Source: an uncultured Thermotogaceae bacterium (GTDB taxonomy: Bacteria > Thermotogota > Thermotogae > MWEM01). Taken from it: a stretch of 43,404 nucleotides of DNA. The notes under the pieces are model-generated. The model worked only from the letters and a program-made list of their open reading frames with translations. It had not been told where the DNA came from and did no database searches. The number at the start of each line of letters is the position of its first letter. Position 1 is the stretch's first letter. The DNA lies in the NCBI GenBank assembly GCA_964472765.1, contig CAYYNI010000001.1:1-43404 (forward strand), given 5' to 3'. A program made the position numbers and the translations under genes. Of this stretch, positions 1 through 9,673 are shown piece by piece.

Positions 1-2
1 CC

Positions 3-485
3 GTCTTCTCATTCGACAAAGAATACATGAATTTGTTCATGCAGGCAGAACAACAAGCCAGACAAAAAGCATACGGGCTCTGGCGTGATTATGATTCCCT
101 TTATGAGCAATCCCAGGCAAAACTTCCATCTGAATCCATTGAGGAAGACCCAAAAAATGAGCAGACAACACTGATCATGAGTGAATCCAAAGGTGATTTA
201 GAAATTGTCCATGTCCAGTACGAAGGGGCTTCAGAATACGTTGAAATCACTAATCAAGGCAATATCAACCACGCCCTTGATGGCTATAAGCTTGTAAGCA
301 CGAAAGGTGAGGAGGAGTATCTCTTTTCGGATTTCACTCTTTCACCAGGGGAATCCATCAGAGTTTACTCCGGGCCTGAGGCAACAGAACTTGTATGGAC
401 AACATCTTTCGTCCACGCCAACAGCGGTGATGGTGTTGTTTTACAAGATGATCGATCCAATATTATTTCATTTTATTATTGGTAA
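3..485 (+). CDS. Nuclease C-terminal fragment: end of an SNase/thermonuclease fold plus a lamin-tail-like (LTD) domain. The 5' end lies outside the window.
   Basis: The frame is open from the window edge (nt 3). QAEQQARQKAYGLW resembles the C-terminus of staphylococcal-nuclease-fold proteins. LEIVHVQYEG..EYVEITNQG..GYKL..SPGESIRVYSG resembles the LTD beta-sandwich signature. Stop TAA at 483-485. Confidence 0.6.
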   Translation, partial: VFSFDKEYMNLFMQAEQQARQKAYGLWRDYDSLYEQSQAKLPSESIEEDPKNEQTTLIMSESKGDLEIVHVQYEGASEYVEITNQGNINHALDGYKLVSTKGEEEYLFSDFTLSPGESIRVYSGPEATELVWTTSFVHANSGDGVVLQDDRSNIISFYYW

Positions 486-494
486 AGAAATAAA

Positions 495-2099
495 TCACCA
501 AACAGCAATATGGCCGTCTGTCCGTTTTTCAGTACCGGCTACATAAACACCGGCTTCATTTCTCAGGATAATTTGCCCTCTACCGAACAGATTGGAATTC
601 ATCGATATGGTAATTTTATGCCCCATCCGATCCAATTCATGCGCTATAGACGATGTAAAATCTTTTTCAATTAATATGTTTTTTTCGCCGGTCCATTGCC
701 ATCTTGGGGCATCAAGGGCTGATTGCGGATTCATTTGAAAATCGATCATATTTGAGATTACTTGCAGATGTCCTTGAGGTTGCATAAACCCGCCCATGAC
801 TCCAAAAGGACCAACAGGCTTGGAATTTTTAGTAATGAACCCCGGAATGATGGTGTGATAGGGCCTTTTATGAGGTTTTAATGCATTGTAATGCGTCTCA
901 TCCAAAGAAAAACTATGCCCTCTATTTTGTAGAGAAATACCGGTACCCGGTACCACCAATCCTGAACCAAAACCCATATAATTGCTTTGTATAAACGAGC
1001 ACATCATACCTTCTTTATCAGATGTAGCCAGATAAACCGTTCCACTTTGACAGGGGTCTGATGCCTCAGGGATCATGGCCTCATCACCGATCGTTGCCGC
1101 ACGTTTACTGATATAGTCCCGCTCCAACAGCAGTTTGTAATCAAAAGGCATATATTCTGGCTGAGTGATATATTTTTTACCGTCCTCAAAGGCTAATTTT
1201 AAGGCTTCAATCTCATTGTGAAAATATCTGGCTTCTCTGGTTAAACAGTCTTTTCTTTCGAGAATTGAGAGGGCTTCAAGGGCAATTAACCCTTGCCCGT
1301 TGGGTGGAATTTCCCAAATTTCATACCCCCGGTACCCGGCTGAAATGGGTTCGACGATACTCGCTTGATAATGGGCAAAATCCTCCGCTGAAAAATAGCC
1401 ACCGGTCTGATTGGAAAAGGCAATGATTTGATGCATTAAGGCACCGGAATAAAAGTCACAGGCATTCGATTCCCCAATGCGTTTTAATGTCTGGGCATGA
1501 TCGGGCAGGTGAACAATTTCTCCAACTTGCGGCGGTTTGCCATCTTTAGTGAAAGTTTGAAACCAATGATCATATTTTTCTTCCTGAAAGGTCTTTTTGT
1601 AAATCTCGGCTGCTTTCATCCAATTTTCACATACCGTCGGTTGCAAAACAAAACCCTCCAAGGCATATCGGATAGCCGGCTGTGCGCATTCTTCCAAAGT
1701 GAGGTTTCCAAATTGATCACAACATTTAGCCCAACCTGCCGGTGCTCCCGGTACAGTAACTGCTTCCCAACCAAAACGGGGAATTTCCTGAATCCCCTTT
1801 TCTTTGAGCTTTTCAATTGACAGATTCCCGGGGGAATAACCACTGGAATTCATCCCGTAAAGTTGGTCTCCTTTAGAAATAATAGCAAAATTGTCACCGC
1901 CGATCCCATTGGATGTCGGTTCTACCACCGTGAGGCATATGGCAGTAGCCACAGCTGCGTCAACCGCATTACCTCCCTTATGGAGTATCTCCAAACCAGC
2001 TTGCGCAGCAAGGGGGTTAGAAGTTGCGACCACCCCATTTTTTGCAATGACACAATTTCTTTTGGATTCATATGGATAATCAAACCAGTTGCATTTCAT
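495..2099 (-). CDS. ggt: Gamma-glutamyltranspeptidase family protein. It has no signal peptide and looks like the cytoplasmic YwrD / cephalosporin-acylase type.
   Basis: 534 aa. It has GIGGDNF, an Ntn-type autoprocessing context (QSG-T-VYLATSD), FGSGLVVPGTGI and PFGVMGG. RBS AGAGGGGGA lies upstream of the ATG at 2099. Confidence 0.85.
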   Translation of the reverse strand: MKCNWFDYPYESKRNCVIAKNGVVATSNPLAAQAGLEILHKGGNAVDAAVATAICLTVVEPTSNGIGGDNFAIISKGDQLYGMNSSGYSPGNLSIEKLKEKGIQEIPRFGWEAVTVPGAPAGWAKCCDQFGNLTLEECAQPAIRYALEGFVLQPTVCENWMKAAEIYKKTFQEEKYDHWFQTFTKDGKPPQVGEIVHLPDHAQTLKRIGESNACDFYSGALMHQIIAFSNQTGGYFSAEDFAHYQASIVEPISAGYRGYEIWEIPPNGQGLIALEALSILERKDCLTREARYFHNEIEALKLAFEDGKKYITQPEYMPFDYKLLLERDYISKRAATIGDEAMIPEASDPCQSGTVYLATSDKEGMMCSFIQSNYMGFGSGLVVPGTGISLQNRGHSFSLDETHYNALKPHKRPYHTIIPGFITKNSKPVGPFGVMGGFMQPQGHLQVISNMIDFQMNPQSALDAPRWQWTGEKNILIEKDFTSSIAHELDRMGHKITISMNSNLFGRGQIILRNEAGVYVAGTEKRTDGHIAVW

Positions 2100-2132
2100 C
2101 TGCTATCCCCCTCTGTTTGTTTTAATATACGA

Positions 2133-2158
2133 AAAAAACCCTTTTGTTGGTTAAGGGC
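2133..2158 (-). terminator. Weak rho-independent terminator-like hairpin downstream of the histidine kinase gene and about 35 nt upstream of the ggt start.
   Basis: The minus strand reads CCCTTaaccaacaaAAGGG followed by TTTTTTT. The stem is only 5 bp but the U-tract is 7 nt. Confidence 0.45.
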
Positions 2159-2228
2159 ATCATCTTCGTTATTCACATTATAACATTTGTATGACTCTGT
2201 AATAAAATAAAGAAAGGACATTGTAGCT

Positions 2229-3845
2229 CTATTCTTCGATGCTTTCGCACAGCTCCTTCAAGCTGAATGGCTTTAAAAGAACGATTGAAGCCCCCGCTTC
2301 CAAAGCCTTTTGCTGAATACTCTGATCAGAGCTTCCGGTGATGGCAATGATTTTCTTTTTCGGGAAATGTTGTTTGATTTGTTTAATAAAAGCCAAGGAA
2401 GAACCGGATGACAACAACAAGTCGATCAAAATATAGTCGATTTTCATTCGAATTCGGCATTCTTTAAGGGCTTGGTCGGGATCACTGAATAAGTGACACA
2501 CTGCCCCGGCGTTTTTCAAAACCAGCTCATACATATGCCGGTTTTCAGGATCGTCTTCCAGAATGAGAATATGTTTTCCCGACAATGAGATCGTATTGGG
2601 TTCTTTTTTAACAGGATTTATGAGTGTCTTTTCACCGGGATTTAAAGGTAAAAGAAGGTGAAATTGACTGCCTTTTCCCAATGTGCTTTCAGCCCAAATT
2701 GAACCTGATAATTCTTCAGCCAGATCCTTGCAAATACTCAATCCCAATCCTGTACCAGGCTTGTTCATCGTTCTTTCTTCTCTAGAGTATTTCTCAAAAA
2801 TCATGGTGAGTTTATCTTCCGGAATACCAGGACCCGTATCCGATACCACAACATTTATATACTCTTTGTTTTCAATCCGGCAATCCAAATGAACCTGTCC
2901 CTGATCGGTGAATTTGATGGCATTGGAAACCAAATTGTTGATTATTTTTTTCATGGCAGTTCGATCTATGTAGGTGAAAGTAGGAACATTGGCGGCAATT
3001 TGAACCGTTAACTTCAACCGTTTTTTCTTTGCCAGTATTTTTAGCCCTTTTATCAAATTATTGATCAGCTCACGAATATTGGTTTTTTGCTCGGTAATGG
3101 TATAGTTACCAGAATTGATTTTGGAGAGGGTGATCAAATCCGAAATAATATTCAACAGATAATTGGACTGTTCTTCCATAATGTTGAGAAAATCACTTAT
3201 CTGTTCATCTTTAATCAGGCTTTGCATGAGCTCAATGTATCCCATAATAACCGTCAAAGGTGTTCTAACATCGTGGGAAATACTGGCAACCAGGTGATCA
3301 CGGTAGAGGTTTTCTTTCTTTTTGTTGTTCAGCGTGATTCTCATTTCCAAAAAAATGCGAATGGCTTCAGCAATATACTCAAATTCTTCCATTATTTCTT
3401 CGTCAAATTGATCCGAATAATCCAAGACATCAAAGCACAAGACCCCAAAATAATCACCAAATGGCTTCAATCTGATTTGTAAGGTCTTGGAAATGTCCTC
3501 TTTTATTCCGGACGCTAATATGCTTTCTTTGAGCTGCTGGGGAAACCCATTTGGAAAGTGACCGGAGTTAATGACTTTGACATTGTCTTCAGGGTCCAGA
3601 GCGGAGAGGGAATCTTCCAAAGGAATCACCACTGATGAATAATCGGCATGCTCATATCCGATCCCAGCAATATAGTGTTCTCCATCACTTTTTACAATCC
3701 AAAATGACGCTTTGTCGATGAAGGGATAAGCGGACATGATTTCAGAGGAAATCTTGTAAAATATACTGGCATCATTTTCATCACTATTCAAGATGTTTAA
3801 AATGTTAACAAGTCTTTTAGTATAACCATCGTTAGTTTTCCGCAT
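2229..3845 (-). CDS. Cytoplasmic hybrid sensor histidine kinase: GAF-like N-terminal region, HisKA, HATPase_c and a C-terminal receiver domain.
   Basis: H-box SHDVRTPLTVI, N-box NLVSNAIKFT, G1 VSDTGPGIP, G2 GTGLGLSICK. The C-terminal REC domain has ILILEDD, IDLLL and LLKPF. No TM segments are seen. Confidence 0.85.
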   Translation of the reverse strand: MRKTNDGYTKRLVNILNILNSDENDASIFYKISSEIMSAYPFIDKASFWIVKSDGEHYIAGIGYEHADYSSVVIPLEDSLSALDPEDNVKVINSGHFPNGFPQQLKESILASGIKEDISKTLQIRLKPFGDYFGVLCFDVLDYSDQFDEEIMEEFEYIAEAIRIFLEMRITLNNKKKENLYRDHLVASISHDVRTPLTVIMGYIELMQSLIKDEQISDFLNIMEEQSNYLLNIISDLITLSKINSGNYTITEQKTNIRELINNLIKGLKILAKKKRLKLTVQIAANVPTFTYIDRTAMKKIINNLVSNAIKFTDQGQVHLDCRIENKEYINVVVSDTGPGIPEDKLTMIFEKYSREERTMNKPGTGLGLSICKDLAEELSGSIWAESTLGKGSQFHLLLPLNPGEKTLINPVKKEPNTISLSGKHILILEDDPENRHMYELVLKNAGAVCHLFSDPDQALKECRIRMKIDYILIDLLLSSGSSLAFIKQIKQHFPKKKIIAITGSSDQSIQQKALEAGASIVLLKPFSLKELCESIEE

Positions 3846-3957
3846 CGTTAAAACCTTTACTTTCAGATGAGAATTTAATAATTTTTAATACATCAGACAT
3901 ATTATTATATCATATATCATTGACCGCTCCAAATAATCATCTGTTTTTTCTACAACT

Positions 3958-3991
3958 CAAAAAAAAGCCCCTGTAAAAAACCTCAGGGGCT
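3958..3991 (-). terminator. Rho-independent terminator of the M18 aminopeptidase gene.
   Basis: The minus strand reads AGCCCCTGaggttttttaCAGGGGCT followed by a run of about 8 T. It starts 18 nt after the stop at 4009. Confidence 0.8.
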
Positions 3992-4008
3992 TTACTATTC
4001 ATTTGGAT

Positions 4009-5424
4009 TTATTTAAATGATTCCATAAAGGTTTTATACGCCAAATAAGTCTCGTATACATCAGCCTTACTCACAATTTCAAACGGTGAATGCATACCGA
4101 TGACAGGAACTCCCGCATCTACAACTCTGATACCTTCTTGGGCATAGAATTTTGCAACAGTACCGCCGCCGCCGATGTCAACTTTTCCCATTTCGCCATT
4201 TTGCCAGCGTACGCCCTTTTGGTTGAGGAAATTTCGAAGGGAACCTAAGGTTTCAGCATCCGCATCGTTGGCACCGCCTTTTCCTCTGACACCTGTGTAT
4301 TTGACAAAGGCCATTCCGTATCCGAATTTGGTGGCATTTTTCATCTCATGTACTTCTTTGAAATTGGGATTGACCCCAGGGGCAACATCTGCAGAGAGCA
4401 TGGTGGATCTTTCAAGAACCACTTCAAGGGGTTGATCGAGTTTATAAATCACATTAACGGCGTTAAGGACTTTTTTCCAAAAATGGCATTTGGCTCCCGT
4501 ACTGCCGTCACTACCAATTTCTTCTTTGTCCAGAAGCAGTACGCAAGCGGTCTTATCCGTTTTTTCCGCATCAATGATTGCCCGAAGGCCGGTATAAGAA
4601 CAAACCCTGTCGTCATGGCCGTAAGCTCCCAACATGCTTCTGTCCAATCCTACATCCCTTGGTTTTTGCGTTGGAACGATTTCTATCTCTGCGGAAAACA
4701 AATCTTCTTCGGTGATGCCGTATTTCTCGTTTAATAAATTCAGAATGTTTAACAATACGGGCTCTTGTGCCTTGTCTTCTTTGTTGTAGGTAATGGCTCT
4801 GTTGCCTAAGATGAGGTTTAATTTATTGGCATCAAAGGCTTCGTTGACGTCTCCCTTTTTTCGGTCAAGATGCGGCAACAAATCGGAAATAACAAAGATG
4901 GGATCGTTTTCGTCGAATCCGATTCTGATATCTACAATTTCTCCATTGCCTTTGACGACAACGCCATCCAACGCTAGGGGAATGTTGTACCACTGATATT
5001 TTTTGATTCCTCCATAATAATGGGTTGATGCCATTGCGAATTCACAATCTTCATAAAGGGGTGTTGTTTTAAAGTCAATTCTTGGAGAATCAACATGAGC
5101 CGCTACCATGTTCATGCCATCTTTTAGATCATCTGTGAATCTAAAAAATGCGGCGGCTTTTCCACGATGGTTCACGTACACTTTCGTTCCGGCCAATTTC
5201 TTTGGCGGCTTTTTAAGGAACTGTTCATAGTCAATAAAACCGTTTGCCTGGGCCAACTGAATGGCTTCATTGATCGATCGTCTTTCAGTTGTGGATTCTT
5301 CAAGGAATTTTGCGTATTGGCCGTTAAAGGCATCAATGGTTTGACTATCTCTTTCAGCCCATACGTTTTTAGGTTGTCTTCTTAGTTTTTCTTGCATTTT
5401 TTCATACTTGTTCTTTGTTGCCAT
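4009..5424 (-). CDS. M18-family zinc aminopeptidase (aspartyl/glutamyl aminopeptidase-like).
   Basis: 471 aa. Metal-ligand contexts are AAHVDSPR, GHDDRVC, DKEEIGS and IGMHSP. RBS GAGGTGA lies 6 nt upstream of the ATG. Confidence 0.8.
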   Translation of the reverse strand: MATKNKYEKMQEKLRRQPKNVWAERDSQTIDAFNGQYAKFLEESTTERRSINEAIQLAQANGFIDYEQFLKKPPKKLAGTKVYVNHRGKAAAFFRFTDDLKDGMNMVAAHVDSPRIDFKTTPLYEDCEFAMASTHYYGGIKKYQWYNIPLALDGVVVKGNGEIVDIRIGFDENDPIFVISDLLPHLDRKKGDVNEAFDANKLNLILGNRAITYNKEDKAQEPVLLNILNLLNEKYGITEEDLFSAEIEIVPTQKPRDVGLDRSMLGAYGHDDRVCSYTGLRAIIDAEKTDKTACVLLLDKEEIGSDGSTGAKCHFWKKVLNAVNVIYKLDQPLEVVLERSTMLSADVAPGVNPNFKEVHEMKNATKFGYGMAFVKYTGVRGKGGANDADAETLGSLRNFLNQKGVRWQNGEMGKVDIGGGGTVAKFYAQEGIRVVDAGVPVIGMHSPFEIVSKADVYETYLAYKTFMESFK

Positions 5425-5485
5425 CCTATTCTCACCTCATATAAAAAATATTGATCTATCAATTAGTAAAACGAACCTTTAGGTT

Positions 5486-5513
5486 AAAAATAAAGGCGAC
5501 ACCAGCCGCCCTT
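5486..5513 (-). terminator. Probable rho-independent terminator of the ferredoxin gene.
   Basis: The minus-strand RNA reads AAGGGCG-gcuggugu-CGCCUUU (7 bp including one G-U pair) followed by AUUUUU. Confidence 0.5.
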
Positions 5514-5566
5514 ATATTGAAATATTGTAAAACGGATTATGCACTGTTCGCATTGTGGGTTGAAAA

Positions 5567-5749
<183 letters not shown>

Positions 5750-5793
5750 TCAAAAACACCTCCATCTTTTTCATATGATTTATCAACCTGGAT

Positions 5794-5802
5794 TATTATA
5801 TC
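5794..5802 (-). promoter_or_regulatory. Extended -10 element (TGaTATAAT) for the ferredoxin gene.
   Basis: The minus strand reads TGATATAAT about 45 nt upstream of the fdx ATG. I see no good -35. Confidence 0.4.
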
Positions 5803-5839
5803 ATAAAGTCGTTGTACTGGCTTCTTATTTTCACTATTT

Positions 5840-5868
5840 TTAGTCACACCGATTCTCTATGCTATAAT
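5840..5868 (+). promoter_or_regulatory. Sigma-70-type promoter for the valS operon.
   Basis: TTAGTC, a 17-nt spacer, then TGcTATAAT (extended -10). The predicted leader to the valS ATG is about 25-30 nt. Confidence 0.45.
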
Positions 5869-5899
5869 ATCGCAAAAGAAAATACTGTGGAGGTTAACA

Positions 5900-8533
5900 A
5901 TGGCAGAACTTGAAAAGCATTATGATCCAAAAGACATCGAAAAAAAATGGTATGAACGATGGGAAAAATCTGGTGATTTTAAACCAACCGGGCATGGTAA
6001 GCCTTATGTAATCGTCATTCCACCTCCAAATATCACAGCCAGGCTCCATATGGGACACGGGCTGAACTTGACACTGCAAGATATTTCAATACGCTTTCAA
6101 CGGATGATGGGGAAGGATACCCTCTGGGTTGCCGGAGAAGATCATGCGGGTATCGCCACACAAAACGTCGTTGAAAAAAAACTGAAAGAAGAAGGCAAGA
6201 CAAAAAATGACCTGGGAAGGCCATTATTCATAGAAAAAACATGGCAATGGGCTGATGAATATAGAGGACACATCCGAGATCAGATCAGAACCATCGGATG
6301 TTCTGTGGATTGGTCCAGAGATCGCTTCACATTGGATGAGGGCTTGAACAAAGCGGTGAGAAAGGTGTTTGTTGCCCTTTATGAAAAAGGGTTGATTTAT
6401 CGGGGAAAATATATCGTTAACTGGTGTCCCAGATGTAATACCGTCCTGTCTGATGAGGAAGTGGAACACGTAGATGAAAAGTCCAGCCTTTGGCATTTCA
6501 ACTACCCTCTAAAAGAGAATGGCGGCTATGTGACCATCGCCACTACGAGACCGGAAACCATGCTGGGCGATACAGCTGTAGCAGTTAACCCATCCGATGA
6601 ACGGTATAAACATATGATCGGAAAAACGTTGATTTTACCCATTGTCAACCGGGAAATTCCGATCATTGCCGATCAGTATGTGGACAAGGAATTTGGCACG
6701 GGAGCAGTGAAGGTGACCCCTGCCCATGACCCCAATGACTATCAAATGGGAATCAGGCACAATCTTGAATTTATTGAAGTGATAGATGAAAATGCCATTA
6801 TGAACGAAAATGCCGGTATCTATCAGGGGCTTGATATCAAAGAGGCCAGAAAAAGGGTTGTCGAAGAAATCGAACGTTTGGGGCTGCTTGAAAAGATCGA
6901 AGATTATACCCATTCCGTCGGCCATTGCTATCGATGTGACACCACCATTGATCCCAGATTATCCGATCAATGGTTTGTTAAAATGGGACCTTTGGCAAAA
7001 AAAGCGATCGAAGTTGTGGAAAATGACCGGGTGAAATTCTATCCAGACAGATGGAAAAAAGTGTACCTCAACTGGATGTACGAAGTTCACGACTGGTGCA
7101 TTTCCAGACAACTTTGGTGGGGTCACGCCATCCCGGTATGGTATTGTGAAAACTGCGGTCATATCATCGTCAGCGAAACGGACCCCTCATCGTGCCCTGC
7201 GTGCGGTTCAGATCACTTGAGACAGGATGAAGACGTTTTGGACACCTGGTTTTCCTCTGCTTTATGGCCATTTTCTACACTTGGATGGCCTGAACAAACC
7301 CAGGATCTTGAAAAATACTATCCCACCAGCACATTGGTAACAGGATTTGACATCATTTTCTTTTGGGTAGCCAGAATGATCACCATGGGTATGGAATTTA
7401 TGGAAGAGGTTCCCTTTCACCATGTTTATATCAATCAGCTGATTCGAGACAAAAAGGGAAGAAAGATGAGTAAGTCGCTTGGAAACGGTATCGATCCCAT
7501 TGAAGTCGTTGAAGAATATGGCGCTGATGCCATGCGCTTTACCCTATCCATTTTGGCAGGCCAAGGGCGGGACATCAATTTGGATGTTAAAAATATTCTG
7601 AATTATAAACACTTTGCCAACAAGATTTGGAATGCTTCTCGCTTCTCGTTGATGAATATCGATCAAACGACTGTTACAGATGCTTACAAAAAAGACGACC
7701 TTGCTTTGTCAGATCGCTGGATACTCTATCGTTTGAATGAAACCGTTCGATCAGTTACACAAGGCCTTGAAGGTTATGATTACAATTTATCCTCCAAATC
7801 TATTTTTGAATTCTTCTGGAATGAATTCTGCGACTGGTATATTGAATCCATTAAACCGGTTTTATATCAACCAGAATATGCGGGCCGTAAGCAAAACACT
7901 CAATCGGTATTGATACACGTTTTGGACAAGAGCTTAAGGCTGTTGCATCCCTTTATGCCCTTTATCACCGAAGAAATATGGCAAATGCTTCCCATTAACA
8001 AAGAAAAGGAACATCTGATGATTTCAAAATGGCCTGAATATGAACAAATGAAGGATTTCGAAAAAGATGCAAACGCTTTTGCAAACCTGATGGAAGTTGT
8101 CAGAGGAATCCGAAATGTCCGATCAGAACTGCAAATCCCTCCTTATGACAAAATCGATATCAGTTGCATTTACAAAGACACCAAACCTTTCACAATTGAG
8201 GAGACATTATATATTCAAGCGTTGGCTTCGGTCAATGAAATACATCAGGCATCTGAAAAACCATCAAGAAGTTCAACAGCACTGGTTAGCCCAATATTGG
8301 ATGTATATTGTCATTTATCTGGTACAATAGATTTAGAAGAAGAAAAAGTCAGACTCGCTAAAAAAATAGAGAAGGCAGAAACGGATGTCAAACATGCCGA
8401 AAAGAAACTCTCCAATGAGAAATTCATTAAAAATGCCGACGAAGCAGTCATCGAAGAAACGAAAGAAAAGCATCGGGAGGCAATGATGACTTTGGAAAGA
8501 TTGCGGATGTTAATGAGTGATTTTGAGGGATGA
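5900..8533 (+). CDS. valS: Valine--tRNA ligase.
   Basis: 877 aa. It has a HIGH-type motif (LHMGHGLN), KMSKS (GRKMSKSLGN), an editing-domain insertion and a C-terminal coiled coil. Confidence 0.97.
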   Translation: MAELEKHYDPKDIEKKWYERWEKSGDFKPTGHGKPYVIVIPPPNITARLHMGHGLNLTLQDISIRFQRMMGKDTLWVAGEDHAGIATQNVVEKKLKEEGKTKNDLGRPLFIEKTWQWADEYRGHIRDQIRTIGCSVDWSRDRFTLDEGLNKAVRKVFVALYEKGLIYRGKYIVNWCPRCNTVLSDEEVEHVDEKSSLWHFNYPLKENGGYVTIATTRPETMLGDTAVAVNPSDERYKHMIGKTLILPIVNREIPIIADQYVDKEFGTGAVKVTPAHDPNDYQMGIRHNLEFIEVIDENAIMNENAGIYQGLDIKEARKRVVEEIERLGLLEKIEDYTHSVGHCYRCDTTIDPRLSDQWFVKMGPLAKKAIEVVENDRVKFYPDRWKKVYLNWMYEVHDWCISRQLWWGHAIPVWYCENCGHIIVSETDPSSCPACGSDHLRQDEDVLDTWFSSALWPFSTLGWPEQTQDLEKYYPTSTLVTGFDIIFFWVARMITMGMEFMEEVPFHHVYINQLIRDKKGRKMSKSLGNGIDPIEVVEEYGADAMRFTLSILAGQGRDINLDVKNILNYKHFANKIWNASRFSLMNIDQTTVTDAYKKDDLALSDRWILYRLNETVRSVTQGLEGYDYNLSSKSIFEFFWNEFCDWYIESIKPVLYQPEYAGRKQNTQSVLIHVLDKSLRLLHPFMPFITEEIWQMLPINKEKEHLMISKWPEYEQMKDFEKDANAFANLMEVVRGIRNVRSELQIPPYDKIDISCIYKDTKPFTIEETLYIQALASVNEIHQASEKPSRSSTALVSPILDVYCHLSGTIDLEEEKVRLAKKIEKAETDVKHAEKKLSNEKFIKNADEAVIEETKEKHREAMMTLERLRMLMSDFEG

Positions 8534-9213
8534 GCGGTCAACTAACAATCATCGGAACACCGATAGGTCATTTCGGTGACTGTTCACCACGTGTTCTGGA
8601 AGCCTTAAAAAATTCTGATACCATCCTTGCCGAAGATACCAGAAGAACCATGGTTCTTCTGAATCATTTTCAGCTGGGAAAAAAAGAGCTGATTTCTTTT
8701 TCTCAACAAAAAGAGAGGACTAAATCGGCAATGATCATAGAAAAGTTGAAATCCGGAGAGCAGGTCGCATTGGTTTCTGATGCCGGAATGCCTTGTGTTT
8801 CTGATCCAGGTTCCTATTTGGTCGAAGCTTGCTATGCGCACGAAATTGACGTTGACGTGATTCCGGGGCCAAGCGCTTTTGTTTTAGCTTATGCTGCATC
8901 GGGGTTTGGCGGCTCATTCATATTTGAAGGTTTTTTGGGGCGTGATAAAAAACTTCGTCGATACCTTAGAACCTTAATTGGAGAAAAACGAAACGTGATT
9001 TTTTACGAATCGCCTTTTCGTCTTAATAAGTGTTTAACGGATATTTTCAACATCCTTGGGGATCGTGAAATTTTTATCGCCAGGGAAATGACAAAACTGC
9101 ATCAGGAGTTTTATAGGGGTAAATGTTCTCAAGCTCTTATGAAATTCAAAGATGAAGTAAAAGGGGAATTGACCGTCATTATAAGGGGAGATGTCAATAA
9201 TGGAGAAGTTTGA
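8530..9213 (+). CDS. rsmI: 16S rRNA (cytidine1402-2'-O)-methyltransferase, short form.
   Basis: 227 aa with a tetrapyrrole-methylase fold: GTPIG, ILAEDTRRT, SDAGMPCVSDPG, PGPSA. Its start overlaps the valS stop by 4 nt (ATGA). Confidence 0.85.
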   Translation: MSGQLTIIGTPIGHFGDCSPRVLEALKNSDTILAEDTRRTMVLLNHFQLGKKELISFSQQKERTKSAMIIEKLKSGEQVALVSDAGMPCVSDPGSYLVEACYAHEIDVDVIPGPSAFVLAYAASGFGGSFIFEGFLGRDKKLRRYLRTLIGEKRNVIFYESPFRLNKCLTDIFNILGDREIFIAREMTKLHQEFYRGKCSQALMKFKDEVKGELTVIIRGDVNNGEV

Positions 9214-9637
9214 AGAACTCGAAAAGCTGATGAGAAAGATATCCGCTTGGATTAAAGCAGAAGGTCGCATGGCATTAAAAGAAGGCAAGAATGAAATAAC
9301 CCCCGCACAATTTGATGTTTTACAAAGTATCTATTGGCATGAGAATTTAACCATGACAAGCATCAGCAAGCGTTTGGGTGTTGCCAAAAGTACCGTTACG
9401 GGTCTGGTTAACAAACTAAAAGATGAAAAATTGGTTGATTACAAAATTTCAGAGGAAGATCGGCGTGTCAGGCGTTTAAAAATTACAGATCATGGAGAAG
9501 AAGTGATCAAAGAAGTGATTAAAAGAAGGATCAAGTTTGTTGAAAAGATGTTTTCAACCATTGATCCCTATCTGGTGGACGAGTTTAGACAAGTATTGAG
9601 AATCGTCGTTAAAACGTGCGATGAAAGAAAAATTTGA
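9200..9637 (+). CDS. MarR-family transcriptional regulator.
   Basis: The winged HTH reads LTMTSISKRLGVAKSTVTGLVNKLKDEKLV...DRRVRRLKITDHG. I prefer the ATG at 9200 (GGGGAG 9 nt upstream) over the ATG at 9191, which directly abuts the SD. Confidence 0.8.
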   Translation: MEKFEELEKLMRKISAWIKAEGRMALKEGKNEITPAQFDVLQSIYWHENLTMTSISKRLGVAKSTVTGLVNKLKDEKLVDYKISEEDRRVRRLKITDHGEEVIKEVIKRRIKFVEKMFSTIDPYLVDEFRQVLRIVVKTCDERKI

Positions 9638-9673
9638 AAAAACCATATACTTTATTAAGGAGGACTACAATCG

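Noticed and set aside
5750-5899. A possible T-box riboswitch leader upstream of valS.
   Set aside because: Only 150 nt are available, and they are shared with the divergent fdx promoter. The predicted leader is about 30 nt. No specifier loop or T-box (AAnnnGGGTGGTACCGCG-like) sequence is visible.
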